NCBI GenBank assembly: GCA_003138975.1
Contig: PLHQ01000088.1
Location: 1,272-65,271 of the forward strand
DNA length: 64,000 nucleotides
DNA from: Acidobacteriaceae bacterium
GTDB taxonomy: Bacteria; Acidobacteriota; Terriglobia; Terriglobales; Acidobacteriaceae
Direction of reading: 5' to 3'
The position numbers were made by a program, and so were the translations under genes. Below the pieces are notes generated by a model. That model was not told the DNA's origin, did not search any database, and worked only from the letters and a program-made list of their open reading frames with translations. Positions 36,811 to 47,195 of the stretch are shown piece by piece. Positions within the stretch are counted from its first letter, which is position 1, and the number at the start of each line of letters is the position of its first letter.

Positions 36811-38497
36811 GGGAGCCGAAATCGTTTTGCGGTGCGTGCGCGCCGAAGGGGTGGACCTGGTGTTCGGTTATCCCGGAGGTGCGATCATGCCGTTGTATGA
36901 CGCTTTGGACGGCAGCGGCATTCGGCATGTTCTCACGCGGCACGAGCAGGGCGCGGCGTTTGCGGCGGAAGGCTATGCGCGGGTTACTGGAAAAGTTGGC
37001 GTGGCGATCGCGACCAGCGGTCCCGGCGCGACCAATCTGGTGACTGGCATCGCCGACGCCAAGATGGATTCGGTTCCCCTGGTCTGCATCACGGGGCAAG
37101 TACGCAGCGCGATGATCGGCACCGATGCATTTCAAGAGACCGACGTTTTCGGTCTGACGCTTTCGCTAACCAAGTGGAACCGGCTGGTGCGAACGATCGA
37201 CGAAATCCCGGAAGTGATCGCGGAGGGATTCCACTGGGCGCGCAGCGGGCGGCCGGGGCCCGTGGTCATCGATATTCCGACCGATCTGCTGAAGGCCAAG
37301 AAAGAATTCTCCGGTCCGGTTAAGTTCGCTCCGCACGCGCGTCCGGCCGATGCGAACGCCGAAGGCGCATTCAGCGACACGATTGTGGCCTTGCTGCAAC
37401 GGGCGACGAGGCCGGTCGCGCTGGTAGGCGCGGGCGCAAAGCTTTCCGGAGCGGTTCCGGAATTGCGGCGGTTGCTCGACGATTTGAATATCCCGGCCTT
37501 CGCAACCGTACACGGGCTGGGCGCTGTTCCACCACAATCGCCATATTACTTGGGCATGGTGGGCATGCACGGAACGCGCGCGGCCAACATGGCGCTGCAC
37601 GAGACCGATCTGCTGCTGGTTTTCGGAGCGCGCCTGGACGATCGCGTTACCGGCGATCCTACGCAGTTTGCGCCGCACGCCAAGATCATCCACTTTGAAA
37701 TTGATCCGGCGCAGCTTGATCGTGTGCGAGCTTGCCAGTTGCCAGTGATCGGAAATCTTGCGGATACGATTCCCGCATTTCACGAAGAGCTACGAAACGC
37801 TTCCCTGCCCGACTGGAGCGACTGGCGCGCGGTGGCTTGCGGACGCGAGCGGGCGGAACTTGACCCGCGGGGATTGGCCCAGCCCACAATGCGGTTTCTT
37901 GATGAACTCTTCAGCCGGCTGCCGCAAGACAACGTCGTGATTGCCGACGTAGGCCAGCACCAGATGTGGGCGGCGCAGCGGTATCGTTCTTCGTCACCGC
38001 GCGGGTTTATTACCTCGGGCGGCCTGGGAGCGATGGGTTTCGCCCTGCCCGCCGCGGTCGGAGTGCAACTGGCGAAGCCAGAAACCTGCGTGCTGTGCGT
38101 TTCCGGTGATGGCGGCTTCCAGATGAACATTCAGGAACTGGCTACGGTACACCGGCTAGGACTGCCCATAAAAATGGTGATCGTGGACAACAAATATCTG
38201 GGCATGGTTCGGCAGTGGCAGCAGCTTTTCTACGAGCGCAACTATGCCGAAACCGATTTGAGCGACAACCCGGATTTTGTGGAGATTGCCAAAGCTTACA
38301 AAATTCATGGATGGCGGTTGAACGAAGCCGCCATGGCGGAGTATCCGGTATCGGCGGAGACAGGAGATCGGATCGAGAACTTCCTGCGCTCGCCGGAGCC
38401 AGAGTTGCTGGTATTTGATTGCCACCCTGAGGCCAATGTGTATCCCATGGTTCCCGCGGGAGCGGCGCTTTCGGAGATGGTGTTCGGGGACAAATAA
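36803..38497 (+). CDS. ilvB: Acetolactate synthase large (catalytic) subunit
   Basis: [32 protein letters not shown]...[14 protein letters not shown]...[14 protein letters not shown]...SGDGGFQMN. It overlaps the ilvC stop by 8 nt. Confidence 0.95.
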   Translation: MLKGAEIVLRCVRAEGVDLVFGYPGGAIMPLYDALDGSGIRHVLTRHEQGAAFAAEGYARVTGKVGVAIATSGPGATNLVTGIADAKMDSVPLVCITGQVRSAMIGTDAFQETDVFGLTLSLTKWNRLVRTIDEIPEVIAEGFHWARSGRPGPVVIDIPTDLLKAKKEFSGPVKFAPHARPADANAEGAFSDTIVALLQRATRPVALVGAGAKLSGAVPELRRLLDDLNIPAFATVHGLGAVPPQSPYYLGMVGMHGTRAANMALHETDLLLVFGARLDDRVTGDPTQFAPHAKIIHFEIDPAQLDRVRACQLPVIGNLADTIPAFHEELRNASLPDWSDWRAVACGRERAELDPRGLAQPTMRFLDELFSRLPQDNVVIADVGQHQMWAAQRYRSSSPRGFITSGGLGAMGFALPAAVGVQLAKPETCVLCVSGDGGFQMNIQELATVHRLGLPIKMVIVDNKYLGMVRQWQQLFYERNYAETDLSDNPDFVEIAKAYKIHGWRLNEAAMAEYPVSAETGDRIENFLRSPEPELLVFDCHPEANVYPMVPAGAALSEMVFGDK

Positions 38498-38527
38498 GAG
38501 AAGACGAATAAACGGATCTACGAGGAA

Positions 38528-38848
38528 ATGACCATGCAAGTCTTTCACATCCGCTATCGCAACGCGCAAGGCGCATTGATGCGCATACTAAATGCAATTT
38601 CCCGCAGGGGGCTCGATCTTACATCGGTGCGCGCAGAAGCTGCCGTGCAAGACCACGCGGTGACCGTCCTGCTCGACGTCACGCACACGCAGATCGGCCA
38701 GCTTTGCCGGGAATGGTATGCAATCGTGGATGTAATCGATGTACGTTCCAGCGCGGCTCTCCGCCAGCATGGAGATGGTGAGTGGGCGCCGCTTCCGCCG
38801 GGCTCGGCGAGTATTGCTGAGCAGTCGGCGCGTGCTGCCTTGGCATAA
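38528..38848 (+). CDS. Short ACT-domain protein in the position of the acetolactate synthase small subunit
   Basis: MTMQVFHIRYRNAQGALMRILNAISRRGLDLTSVRAEAAVQDHAVTVLLDV is an ACT fold. It is only 106 aa and lacks the second (ALS_ss_C) domain. Confidence 0.65.
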   Translation: MTMQVFHIRYRNAQGALMRILNAISRRGLDLTSVRAEAAVQDHAVTVLLDVTHTQIGQLCREWYAIVDVIDVRSSAALRQHGDGEWAPLPPGSASIAEQSARAALA

Positions 38849-39027
38849 GTTCCGGTTTGATCGTGTCAGAGCGTGATGCCTCCTGGGTAGCATCATGCCA
38901 GTTGGGGAAGCTGTAATCGAGTGCGCCTCCTGACGTCACTTGATCGCAGATTCCCCGTTTTTCTTGATTTTGCTCCGCCCGAATCTTTAACCTCTGTTGT
39001 AATCTTTCGCCATGTATCTTAAGCATT

Positions 39028-40704
39028 ATGGATCTTAAGCATCGCAGCCGCGGAATCACCGACGGGCGCGACCGGGCTCCGGCGCGTTCCATGTTCAAGG
39101 CCATCGGCTTCACTGACGCCGATCTTCGCAAGCCCCTGATCGGCGTGGCCAACACCTGGATCGAAACCATGCCTTGCAATTTTCACTTACGGCGGCTCTC
39201 CGCCAAAGTGAAAGAAGGCATCCGCGCCGCCGGCGGCACGCCCATGGAATTCAATACCATCGCGATTTCCGATGGCGAAACCATGGGCACCGAAGGTATG
39301 CGCGCTTCCCTGGTCAGCCGCGAACTCATCGCCGATTCCATTGAACTGGTTTGTCGCGGGCAAATGTTCGACGCAGTGGTCTGCGTAGTGGGATGCGACA
39401 AGACGATCCCCGCGGCGGCCATGGCGCTAGCCCGCATGGATCTTCCCGGACTTATTCTTTATGGCGGGACCATTGCTGCCGGCAGCTATCGCGGCAAAGA
39501 TGTCACGATCCAAGATGTGTTTGAAGCTGTGGGGGCGAATGCCGCCGGGAAGATTTCCGACCAGGAATTGCACGACCTTGAAAACGTGGCCTGTCCCGGC
39601 GCCGGCGCCTGCGGAGGCCAGTACACCGCAAACACCATGTCCACCGTGATGGAGATGATCGGCCTTTCTCCCATGGGCTTCAACAGCGTTCCCGCGATGG
39701 ATGCGAAGAAGGACCAAATTGCTTTCGACTGCGGCAAGGTAGCACTGAATCTGCTGCAAGAGGGAATCCGTCCGCGAGAAATCCTTACGCGCGATGCATT
39801 CGAAAATGCGATCGCATCCGTGGCTGCAACCGGCGGATCGACTAACGCAGTGCTGCACCTGCTGGCCATCGCGCGCGAAGCTGACGTCGATTTGCAGATT
39901 GACGATTTTCAGAAGGTGAGCGAGCGCACGCCGCTGCTTGCCGATCTGAAGCCTTCCGGACGTTTTGTGGCGGCGGACATGCACCACGCAGGCGGAGTGC
40001 GCTTGCTGGCCCGGCGACTGCTGCACGGAAACCATATTCACCCTGGGGCGAAAACAGTCACCGGTCGTTCCCTTGGGGCCGAGAGCGAGAGTGCCATTGA
40101 ATCTCCCGGGCAGGAGGTAATTGCGCCGCTGCAAAGGCCGCTGAAGCAAACCGGGGGCCTCGTCGTACTGAAAGGAAATCTTGCGCCCGAAGGATGTGTG
40201 GCCAAGATCAGCGGGCATGAGAGGCTGGAGCATCGTGGTCCGGCGCGCGTCTTTGAGTCAGAAGAAGATGCCATGACTGCGGTAACCAACAAGAAAATTC
40301 AATCCAGGGATGTCGTCGTCATTCGTAACGAAGGCCCCAAGGGCGGACCGGGTATGCGCGAAATGCTAAGTGTTACGGGCGCAATTGTGGGCGAGGGATT
40401 GGGATCATCGGTTGCGCTGTTAACCGACGGCCGCTTCAGCGGCGCCACACACGGGCTTATGGCGGGCCACGTCTCGCCGGAAGCCGCGCTCGGCGGACCG
40501 ATCGCCGCCGTGCGGGATGGAGACATAATCCGCTTCGACGTTAAACGGCGACTTTTGGAAGTGGAGATAAGCGACGAAGTTATTCGCCAACGAATGAAAG
40601 AATGGAATGCGCCGCAGCCGCGCTATCCGACCGGCGTGTTCGCCAAGTACGCAGCTCTTGTTTCATCGGCCTCCCAAGGGGCGATCACACGGCCGCCGAA
40701 ATGA
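39028..40704 (+). CDS. ilvD: Dihydroxy-acid dehydratase
   Basis: 558 aa with GRDRAPARSMFKAIGFTD...IGVANTW...CDKTIPAA...TDGRFSGATHG. Confidence 0.96.
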   Translation: MDLKHRSRGITDGRDRAPARSMFKAIGFTDADLRKPLIGVANTWIETMPCNFHLRRLSAKVKEGIRAAGGTPMEFNTIAISDGETMGTEGMRASLVSRELIADSIELVCRGQMFDAVVCVVGCDKTIPAAAMALARMDLPGLILYGGTIAAGSYRGKDVTIQDVFEAVGANAAGKISDQELHDLENVACPGAGACGGQYTANTMSTVMEMIGLSPMGFNSVPAMDAKKDQIAFDCGKVALNLLQEGIRPREILTRDAFENAIASVAATGGSTNAVLHLLAIAREADVDLQIDDFQKVSERTPLLADLKPSGRFVAADMHHAGGVRLLARRLLHGNHIHPGAKTVTGRSLGAESESAIESPGQEVIAPLQRPLKQTGGLVVLKGNLAPEGCVAKISGHERLEHRGPARVFESEEDAMTAVTNKKIQSRDVVVIRNEGPKGGPGMREMLSVTGAIVGEGLGSSVALLTDGRFSGATHGLMAGHVSPEAALGGPIAAVRDGDIIRFDVKRRLLEVEISDEVIRQRMKEWNAPQPRYPTGVFAKYAALVSSASQGAITRPPK

Positions 40705-40746
40705 ACGATTGACTCTTCCATTGGTCTTAATGGTCTTAGACGAACG

Positions 40747-40768
40747 AGGAGCGGCAGTAGCCGCTCCT
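40747..40768 (+). terminator. GC-rich hairpin after ilvD (no U-tract)
   Basis: AGGAGCGGC-agta-GCCGCTCCT has a 9-bp stem, but the downstream sequence is not T-rich. Confidence 0.35.
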
Positions 40769-40944
40769 ACCGCGCGCAACAGAGAGGCGAAAGTCCCTAC
40801 CGTTCAAACAACGGCCTTCCCTGCAGTCGCTTGCCCGAGTCTGAAGGGGGCACGTTGGTGGTAGTTCGTTTGGGTAAGGATCGCGCTATACTACGCAGAC
40901 CTTGCTTCCCCCAAGCAGGAACATCGTTCAGGGCATTAGAAAGC

Positions 40945-42402
40945 ATGGCCGCTCATAGCGAGTCTCTCGCGCCGACGAAGCGTTTGGACTCATGGAAAGA
41001 AATTGCTGCCTTCTTCGGCCGCGATGAGCGCACGGTTAAACGTTGGGAAAAAGAGCGCGGATTGCCCGTGTACAGGGTACCGGGAAGCGCTCGCGGCGGT
41101 GTCTTCGCTTACGCCGAAGAACTGGCGGAGTGGCTTAAAGCCCCGAATCATGCTCGCGAGGTCGCCGAACTTGGCGCGAAAACCCCTGCCGCAGATGATG
41201 GTCGAGACCGCGCATCTGCTGCGGAGTTGCTGACAATCAAGGTTGCTGCCGAGGTTCCGTCCGCTGATCCTGCTTTCGATTTCCTCCCGGCCGGAAGCAC
41301 ATCGAGGCTGGCCGCAGCCAAGTCTTTCCTGTGGCTTTTGCCTCTGCTCGTGATCACCGGCTCTTTTCTTGTTTTCTCCTTCGGCCATCGCGAGCCGCGG
41401 TTTAAGAATGCGCTCGCGGCGCCCCACGTGGCCGACGCCGAATCTCAGGATCTCTATTTGAAGGGCCGCTACTATTTCGAAAAGCGCACGCCTGACGATC
41501 TGAACAAGGCGGTGGATTTCTTTACCCAGGCAATCGTGCACGATCCGGCCTATCCGGCGCCCTATGTGGGACTGGCCGATACCTACAATCTGCTGCGGGA
41601 GTACAGCGCGATGCCTCCGCAGGAGGCATATCCGCGTGCTCGGGCGGCTGCCACCAAGGCGGTGGAACTGGATCCCAATTCCGCCGAGGCCCACAACTCT
41701 CTGGCCTTCGCCAGCTTTTGGGGATTCTTTGACACGGCCACGGCCGACCGCGAGTTCAAGCGGGCTATCGAACTGGACTCAACCTTACCCCGCGCTCATC
41801 ACTGGTACGCCACCTTCCTCATCGAAATTGGGCGTACTTCGGAAGCCCTGACTGAAATCGAGCGAGCCCGGCAGCTCAATCCTTCTTCAACTCCAATTCT
41901 CGCCGACAAAGGATTAATTCTCGTGGAAGCCGGGAAGAAAGAAGAGGCCAGGGCTCTGCTCACGCAACTCGCAGTTTCCCAGCCCGACTTTATTCATCCT
42001 CACCGATATCTGGCCGACATCTATTTTCAGGAAGGAAATTATTCGGGCTATTTCCAGCAGAAAAAGATTGTCGCGCGCTTGCGTCACGATGCGACCGCGC
42101 AAAAACAAATCGACGCGGAGGAAAAAGGCTACGATGGCGCCGGTCTTAGCGGACTGCTCCAGGCGCGGCTCCATACCGCTCAGGAATCCTTCGACCGGGG
42201 TCTTGGCTCCGCCTTTGATGTGGCCGATGCTCACGCGGCTTTAGGGCAGCAAGATGATGCCTTGAAATATCTCAATATCGCCTTTCAGCGGCACGATCTC
42301 TCGCTCGTTACGCTACCGCTCAACAGCGCGTTTCGACCGCTCCACCAGAACCAGGAGTTCCGCAACCTGGTAGCCAAAATCGGACTCCCACCGATCAATT
42401 GA
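40945..42402 (+). CDS. N-terminal helix-turn-helix (excisionase/MerR-like) - TM - TPR protein
   Basis: ATG at 40945. KRLDSWKEIAAFFGRDERTVKRWEKERGLPVYRV is followed by a TM (FLWLLPLLVITGSFLVFSF) and TPR repeats. Confidence 0.75.
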   Translation: MAAHSESLAPTKRLDSWKEIAAFFGRDERTVKRWEKERGLPVYRVPGSARGGVFAYAEELAEWLKAPNHAREVAELGAKTPAADDGRDRASAAELLTIKVAAEVPSADPAFDFLPAGSTSRLAAAKSFLWLLPLLVITGSFLVFSFGHREPRFKNALAAPHVADAESQDLYLKGRYYFEKRTPDDLNKAVDFFTQAIVHDPAYPAPYVGLADTYNLLREYSAMPPQEAYPRARAAATKAVELDPNSAEAHNSLAFASFWGFFDTATADREFKRAIELDSTLPRAHHWYATFLIEIGRTSEALTEIERARQLNPSSTPILADKGLILVEAGKKEEARALLTQLAVSQPDFIHPHRYLADIYFQEGNYSGYFQQKKIVARLRHDATAQKQIDAEEKGYDGAGLSGLLQARLHTAQESFDRGLGSAFDVADAHAALGQQDDALKYLNIAFQRHDLSLVTLPLNSAFRPLHQNQEFRNLVAKIGLPPIN

Positions 42403-42445
42403 GGCCGTTGGCGTAGAACCTTCCTCTGTGTAAACTAACCTCGCG

Positions 42446-44149
42446 ATGAGATCCTTCCCCCGATCTACACCTGCGCGTACCTGCATTCTTTCGACGACGC
42501 TGGCTGTTCTCGTCCCGGTGCTCCTGTTGGCCTGGCTTCCAGCAAGTTTCGCCTCGGCCTACAATGCCCATCCCAAGCTGGTTGTGGTAATTGTCATCGA
42601 CCAGTTTCGCGGAGACTATCTGGAGCGCTATCGCGACAAGTTCGGCGAGGGCGGATTCCGCCAGCTCCTCGACCACGGCGCCAACTTCACCGACTGCAAT
42701 TACGATTATGCGAACACGCGCACTGCTCCCGGGCATGCGACGCTGTTTACCGGTGCCTACACCAACGGCCACGGCATCGCAGCGAATGAGTGGTGGGATC
42801 CGAAGAAGAAGCGCATGGTGACTTCGGTGGAGGACGACGATACCAAGCTCGTCGGCATGAACGGAGACGTCGGTGCAAACAAGGAGGGAGCATCCCCGCA
42901 TAACCTGCTCGCTGATACTCTTGGCGACGAACTCAAGCTCGCTACACAAGGACAGGCGCGAGTGTTTTCCGTTTCTTTGAAAGACCGGGCTGCCGTGCTC
43001 CCTGGCGGTTTCGCCGCGGACGCGGCTTATTGGATTGATCCGAAAAGCGGCGCGTGGATTACTTCTACCTACTATTTTCCTGACTTGCCCAAGTGGGCGC
43101 AGGATTTCAACTCCGGTAATCGGGCGGCAAAATATTGGGACCGTGATTGGAAGAATGCGAACGGAGACGTTTTGCGGTCAACCGCTCATCGTAAGGGTAA
43201 AGACGGATCCGATGCGGGTTTCTACGAAGTGATCGGATCCACACCCTTCGCCAACGAGTATGAACTGGAATTCGCCAAGCAGTTAGTCGTTTATGAAAAT
43301 CTAGGCGCCGGGCAGGCTACCGACCTGCTCGCCATCAGCCTTTCCGCGAACGACATTCTCGGCCACCAGGTCGGTCCGGATTCCCCCGAGATGGCCGCCA
43401 TGGCGCTGGCGCTGGATCGGGAACTCGCCGACTTCTTCAATTTCCTCGGTCATCAGATCGGCCTCGCAAACGTCTGGATCGCACTGTCGGCCGACCACGG
43501 AGTTTCCGCTTTGCCCGATGCCGCGAAAAAGTTGCGCATACCCGCAGCGAACTTGGGCGCGGGTAGACTCGAAGCGCAAATCAACGAGGCGTTGACGGCG
43601 AAGTTTTCGCCGGGATATACAGTCTCCTACATAAAGCTCGACTATCCTGTTGCCTGGCTCAATCAGGACGCTTTCGGCACCGCTCACCTGAAAGAGCACG
43701 ACGCAGAAACCGCCGTAGGTGAGGCGATGAAGCAGGCCGGACTGCGTGACTACTTTAGCAAGTCACAACTCGCGGAAGGCGAAGTTCCCGATACCTCTCT
43801 CGGGAAGAAATTCCTGCATAGCTATTCTCCCGAAGGCAGCTGGTATGTGATGGGAGTGCCCGAGATCTACGCGGTCGGTTCAGCAACAGGCACAGACCAT
43901 GCGTCTCCCTATACCTACGACACGCATGTGCCGCTCGCTTTCTACGGACTTCCTTTTCGTCCGGGAACGTATCGCACACACGCGGAGCCAGTCGATCTGG
44001 CGGCTACGCTGGCATCGCTGCTCGGCATCAACGCTCCCACGCACTCTGTGGGACGCGTGTTGACCGAGGCGCTTGCCCCTCTGCATCAAGCAGAAAATGC
44101 CGCAGGATCTTCTACGGCGAGGTCAAACGGCGAGAGGGCTCCGCAGTGA
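42446..44149 (+). CDS. Alkaline-phosphatase-superfamily phosphodiesterase / nucleotide pyrophosphatase, secreted
   Basis: A signal peptide is followed by VVIVIDQFRGDY (metal site) and TAPGHATLFTG (nucleophile Thr motif). Confidence 0.85.
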   Translation: MRSFPRSTPARTCILSTTLAVLVPVLLLAWLPASFASAYNAHPKLVVVIVIDQFRGDYLERYRDKFGEGGFRQLLDHGANFTDCNYDYANTRTAPGHATLFTGAYTNGHGIAANEWWDPKKKRMVTSVEDDDTKLVGMNGDVGANKEGASPHNLLADTLGDELKLATQGQARVFSVSLKDRAAVLPGGFAADAAYWIDPKSGAWITSTYYFPDLPKWAQDFNSGNRAAKYWDRDWKNANGDVLRSTAHRKGKDGSDAGFYEVIGSTPFANEYELEFAKQLVVYENLGAGQATDLLAISLSANDILGHQVGPDSPEMAAMALALDRELADFFNFLGHQIGLANVWIALSADHGVSALPDAAKKLRIPAANLGAGRLEAQINEALTAKFSPGYTVSYIKLDYPVAWLNQDAFGTAHLKEHDAETAVGEAMKQAGLRDYFSKSQLAEGEVPDTSLGKKFLHSYSPEGSWYVMGVPEIYAVGSATGTDHASPYTYDTHVPLAFYGLPFRPGTYRTHAEPVDLAATLASLLGINAPTHSVGRVLTEALAPLHQAENAAGSSTARSNGERAPQ

Positions 44150-45096
44150 CCCCCTCTTCCGAAATCGGTGGCAAACCTGGCCTGGATCTCAGCGTAACCT
44201 TCGCTGGCATTTCGCTGAAGAATCCGATCATTGCTGCCAGCGGGACTTTTGGCTACGGCGTGGAGTTCGAGGATGTTGTTCACCTCGACAAGCTGGGTGG
44301 ATTTGTCGTCAAAGGGCTCTCGCGGGAACCGATGATCGGCAATCCGCCACCGCGCCTTTGGGAAACCGCAGCCGGCATGCTCAACGCCATCGGTCTGCAG
44401 AACATCGGCGCAACAGCATTTCTCCAGGAGAAGTTGTCCCGGCTCCGGCAGATCAAGAACATCGTAATTTTCGCCAACGTCTTTGGCTACAGCCGCGAGG
44501 ACTACGAAAGAACCATCGAGATCCTCAACGATGGCGAAGGCATTGCCGCTTACGAACTAAACGTCTCCTGCCCGAACACAGCCCACGGCGGTCTGCAGTT
44601 CGGCGGCGATCCGCGTTCCCTGGACGAAGTGGTGACCACGGCGAAACGCGTTGCGCAACGCCCTCTGATCGTCAAGCTTTCACCCAACGTAACCAGCATC
44701 GCGCAAATGGCCCACATCGCGCAGGAGGCAGGCGCAGACGCCATCTCTCTGATCAACACTTTCGTGGCCATGGCCATCGACCCTGACACACGCAAGCCGC
44801 GTATCGCTAACGTGACTGCTGGACTTTCTGGCCCAGCCATCAAACCTATTGCGCTACGAATGGTCTACGATGCTGCGCACGCCGTAAACATTCCGGTGAT
44901 TGGCATGGGAGGCATATCGACCGCAGCCGATGTCGTGGAGTTCATGCTGGCAGGCGCAACCGCCGTGCAGATCGGCACGGCCAGCTATTGGGATCCCTGT
45001 GCCACCGAGAAAATCGTGGATGACCTGCAGCGCTGGTGCGACAACCGCGGCGTCACGCGTCTGGCAGATCTGACTGGCGGACTGATCGTGGAGTAG
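44146..45096 (+). CDS. pyrD: Dihydroorotate dehydrogenase, class 1 catalytic subunit
   Basis: GISLKNPIIAASGTFGYG...ELNVSCPN (Cys base, class 1)...NTF...GMGGI. The GTG start overlaps the upstream stop (GTGA). Confidence 0.93.
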   Translation: MTPSSEIGGKPGLDLSVTFAGISLKNPIIAASGTFGYGVEFEDVVHLDKLGGFVVKGLSREPMIGNPPPRLWETAAGMLNAIGLQNIGATAFLQEKLSRLRQIKNIVIFANVFGYSREDYERTIEILNDGEGIAAYELNVSCPNTAHGGLQFGGDPRSLDEVVTTAKRVAQRPLIVKLSPNVTSIAQMAHIAQEAGADAISLINTFVAMAIDPDTRKPRIANVTAGLSGPAIKPIALRMVYDAAHAVNIPVIGMGGISTAADVVEFMLAGATAVQIGTASYWDPCATEKIVDDLQRWCDNRGVTRLADLTGGLIVE

Positions 45097-45119
45097 AGAA
45101 GAGAAGAGAAGAGAAACCT

Positions 45120-46448
45120 TTAGCGACCGCGAGCGTACCAGATCGAGCCCGGAGACTTGTAGTTGCGTCCTTCGCCCCAAACCACGTGTGTGGTTCCCAG
45201 GTTATCGATGGCGATTGAGAAGTAGTCGCCGAAAGGAAAGCGGAAGCCCTCGGGCAGGATGTAGTCGTAGCCACGCGCCGGGCCGGAGAGCTGTGCTTCC
45301 GGCGACCAGGTTGCGCCGCCGTTACTCGAACTGCGCTGGAAAACATTCCACAAAGGCTGGTTTGGCAGAGGATGGCTGCGCGTGTCCATCCATGCGATGC
45401 GGACATCGCCGCCCGCGCCTGCCGTAATCGCGGGAAAGCAGAGTTCTGCCGAGCCGTCCGCGGAAGAGACATCCGCCCTGGCGGACCAACTTGTGCCGCC
45501 AGTGGTGGAAGATGAAAAGTACATGCGCTCGGGTCCGCCGTTCGTGGTGCCGGCGTTCCACAAGGTATAGAGAGTTCCCGCCGCATCGGATGCCAGCCCA
45601 ATTTGCGCTCCCAGGTAGCCGTCCTCGCAACCTTCGGCCGCACAGTCCGGTGGCGCGCTTGAAGTGTCCAGCAGCACTGTGTTCCACGTACGTCCCGTGT
45701 CTGCCGATCGGCTCACGTAGAGGCTGACCGGGCGAGTGCTGGATTCCTGCCGCGCGTAGGCCGTCCAGGAAAAATAGACCGCCCCAGTTGGATCGACTGT
45801 GGCGCCACCAGCCAGCGACGATCCCGACCCAGCATTCGGATTCACGATCGCAGAAGAGAAATTCTGGGCATAGTCATGCGATGCGGCGACAAGAAAGTTC
45901 TGCTCGTGATTGAATCCCACGTAGACGTCGGGGCCGTGCACCGCCAGCACAGGCTTGTCCGCATCATCGGGCGAGCGCTCGGCCACCGTCAAATACCAGG
46001 AGCGCCCGTAGTCCTGCGAACGCGCCACCATCACATCGCGTTTATTGTTCTGCAGCCAGGAGGCATACACCGTCTGCCGGTCGGCGGGATCCACTACGAT
46101 CTGCGGATCAAACTGACCGGTCGACGAAGCCACCAGCGGATGAGGCGCCTCCCACGACAATCCATTGTCATTGCTGACCAGCAGCGACATAGTCGGGACA
46201 GTGCACGCCGGGCAGTCGCTTACCACACCATACTGAGGAAATAAAATATAGATGTGTCCATGCCCATCGGCTGCCAGCGCAGGTTCCCATTGATCGCCAG
46301 TAGCGTAGCCGACGCGACGCTGCGGACTAAAATTCGGCGCGGCCAGCGCGAACTGTGCCGTTGCCAGCGCCAAAAGCATCCAGAAGACAAACTTCTGCAC
46401 CGTCCTGGCGCGGCTGGATTTCAAAACCACAGACTTCTCCTGGAACAA
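45120..46448 (-). CDS. Secreted BNR-repeat (sialidase-fold) protein
   Basis: A signal peptide (FWMLLALATAQFALA) is followed by BNR Asp-boxes SNDNGLSWE, SQDYGRSWY, SADTGRTWN, STTGGTSWS and SSNGGATWS. Confidence 0.82.
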   Translation of the reverse strand: MFQEKSVVLKSSRARTVQKFVFWMLLALATAQFALAAPNFSPQRRVGYATGDQWEPALAADGHGHIYILFPQYGVVSDCPACTVPTMSLLVSNDNGLSWEAPHPLVASSTGQFDPQIVVDPADRQTVYASWLQNNKRDVMVARSQDYGRSWYLTVAERSPDDADKPVLAVHGPDVYVGFNHEQNFLVAASHDYAQNFSSAIVNPNAGSGSSLAGGATVDPTGAVYFSWTAYARQESSTRPVSLYVSRSADTGRTWNTVLLDTSSAPPDCAAEGCEDGYLGAQIGLASDAAGTLYTLWNAGTTNGGPERMYFSSSTTGGTSWSARADVSSADGSAELCFPAITAGAGGDVRIAWMDTRSHPLPNQPLWNVFQRSSSNGGATWSPEAQLSGPARGYDYILPEGFRFPFGDYFSIAIDNLGTTHVVWGEGRNYKSPGSIWYARGR

Positions 46449-46640
46449 CTCCTGCGGATAACCGTGCCCGCACTTTATCTTGAATTCTTCCGCAGCGTCA
46501 ATTACCCGAAGGGGCCATGAACGGTTTCGAGAGCGTGACTTTCCCGCGACTTCGTCATCTAATATCTACCTAATAGATAGTCTGTTACATGCATGTGAAA
46601 ATTCGGGGAATCGATCCCCAGCGCAGGAGTGATCTTTAAG

Positions 46641-47117
46641 ATGCAGAAAGCCACATTCGCAGCGGGATGTTTCTGGGGAGTCGAAGCCACTTTCCGGCAG
46701 ATGCCGGGAGTGCTGTCCACACGCGTCGGCTACATCGGCGGAAGCTCCGACAACCCCACCTACAAAGAGGTTTGCACCGATCGCACCGGCCATGCCGAGG
46801 CGGTCGAAGTCGAATTCGATCCGGCCAAGGTCCGCTATGAGGATCTGCTGAAAGTCTTCTGGGAGAACCACGACCCCACGCAGCTCAACCGCCAGGGACC
46901 AGACTGGGGCACGCAATACCGCTCCGCCATCTTCTTCCACACGCCCGAGCAGCAGGCAGCTGCTCAAGCCTCGAAGGAATCGCTGGAGAAAGCCCGCCGC
47001 TACTCCAAACCGATCGTCACGCAGATCGTTCCCGCAGTGACGTTCTATCCCGCCGAGGACTACCACCAGCAGTATCTGGAGAAGCGTGGCTTGGCAAGCT
47101 GCCACATTAAGGCGTAG
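46641..47117 (+). CDS. msrA: Peptide-methionine (S)-S-oxide reductase MsrA (cytoplasmic copy)
   Basis: ATG at 46641 follows [23 protein letters not shown]...GYIGG...[13 protein letters not shown]...[11 protein letters not shown] has no signal peptide. Confidence 0.94.
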   Translation: MQKATFAAGCFWGVEATFRQMPGVLSTRVGYIGGSSDNPTYKEVCTDRTGHAEAVEVEFDPAKVRYEDLLKVFWENHDPTQLNRQGPDWGTQYRSAIFFHTPEQQAAAQASKESLEKARRYSKPIVTQIVPAVTFYPAEDYHQQYLEKRGLASCHIKA

Positions 47118-47195
47118 AGGACGAGGGGGGTTCTTGGCGGCGCGGCGTCTCACGCATCTGCGACACGCGACTCCAGTTGGGAGAAAGGACTTTGG

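Noticed and set aside
45096-45115. A (GAGAA)x4 pentanucleotide microsatellite in the 23-bp gap between the convergent pyrD and BNR-protein genes.
   Set aside because: It is real in the sequence, but it is too short and lies outside any coding or promoter region. No phase-variation role is plausible.
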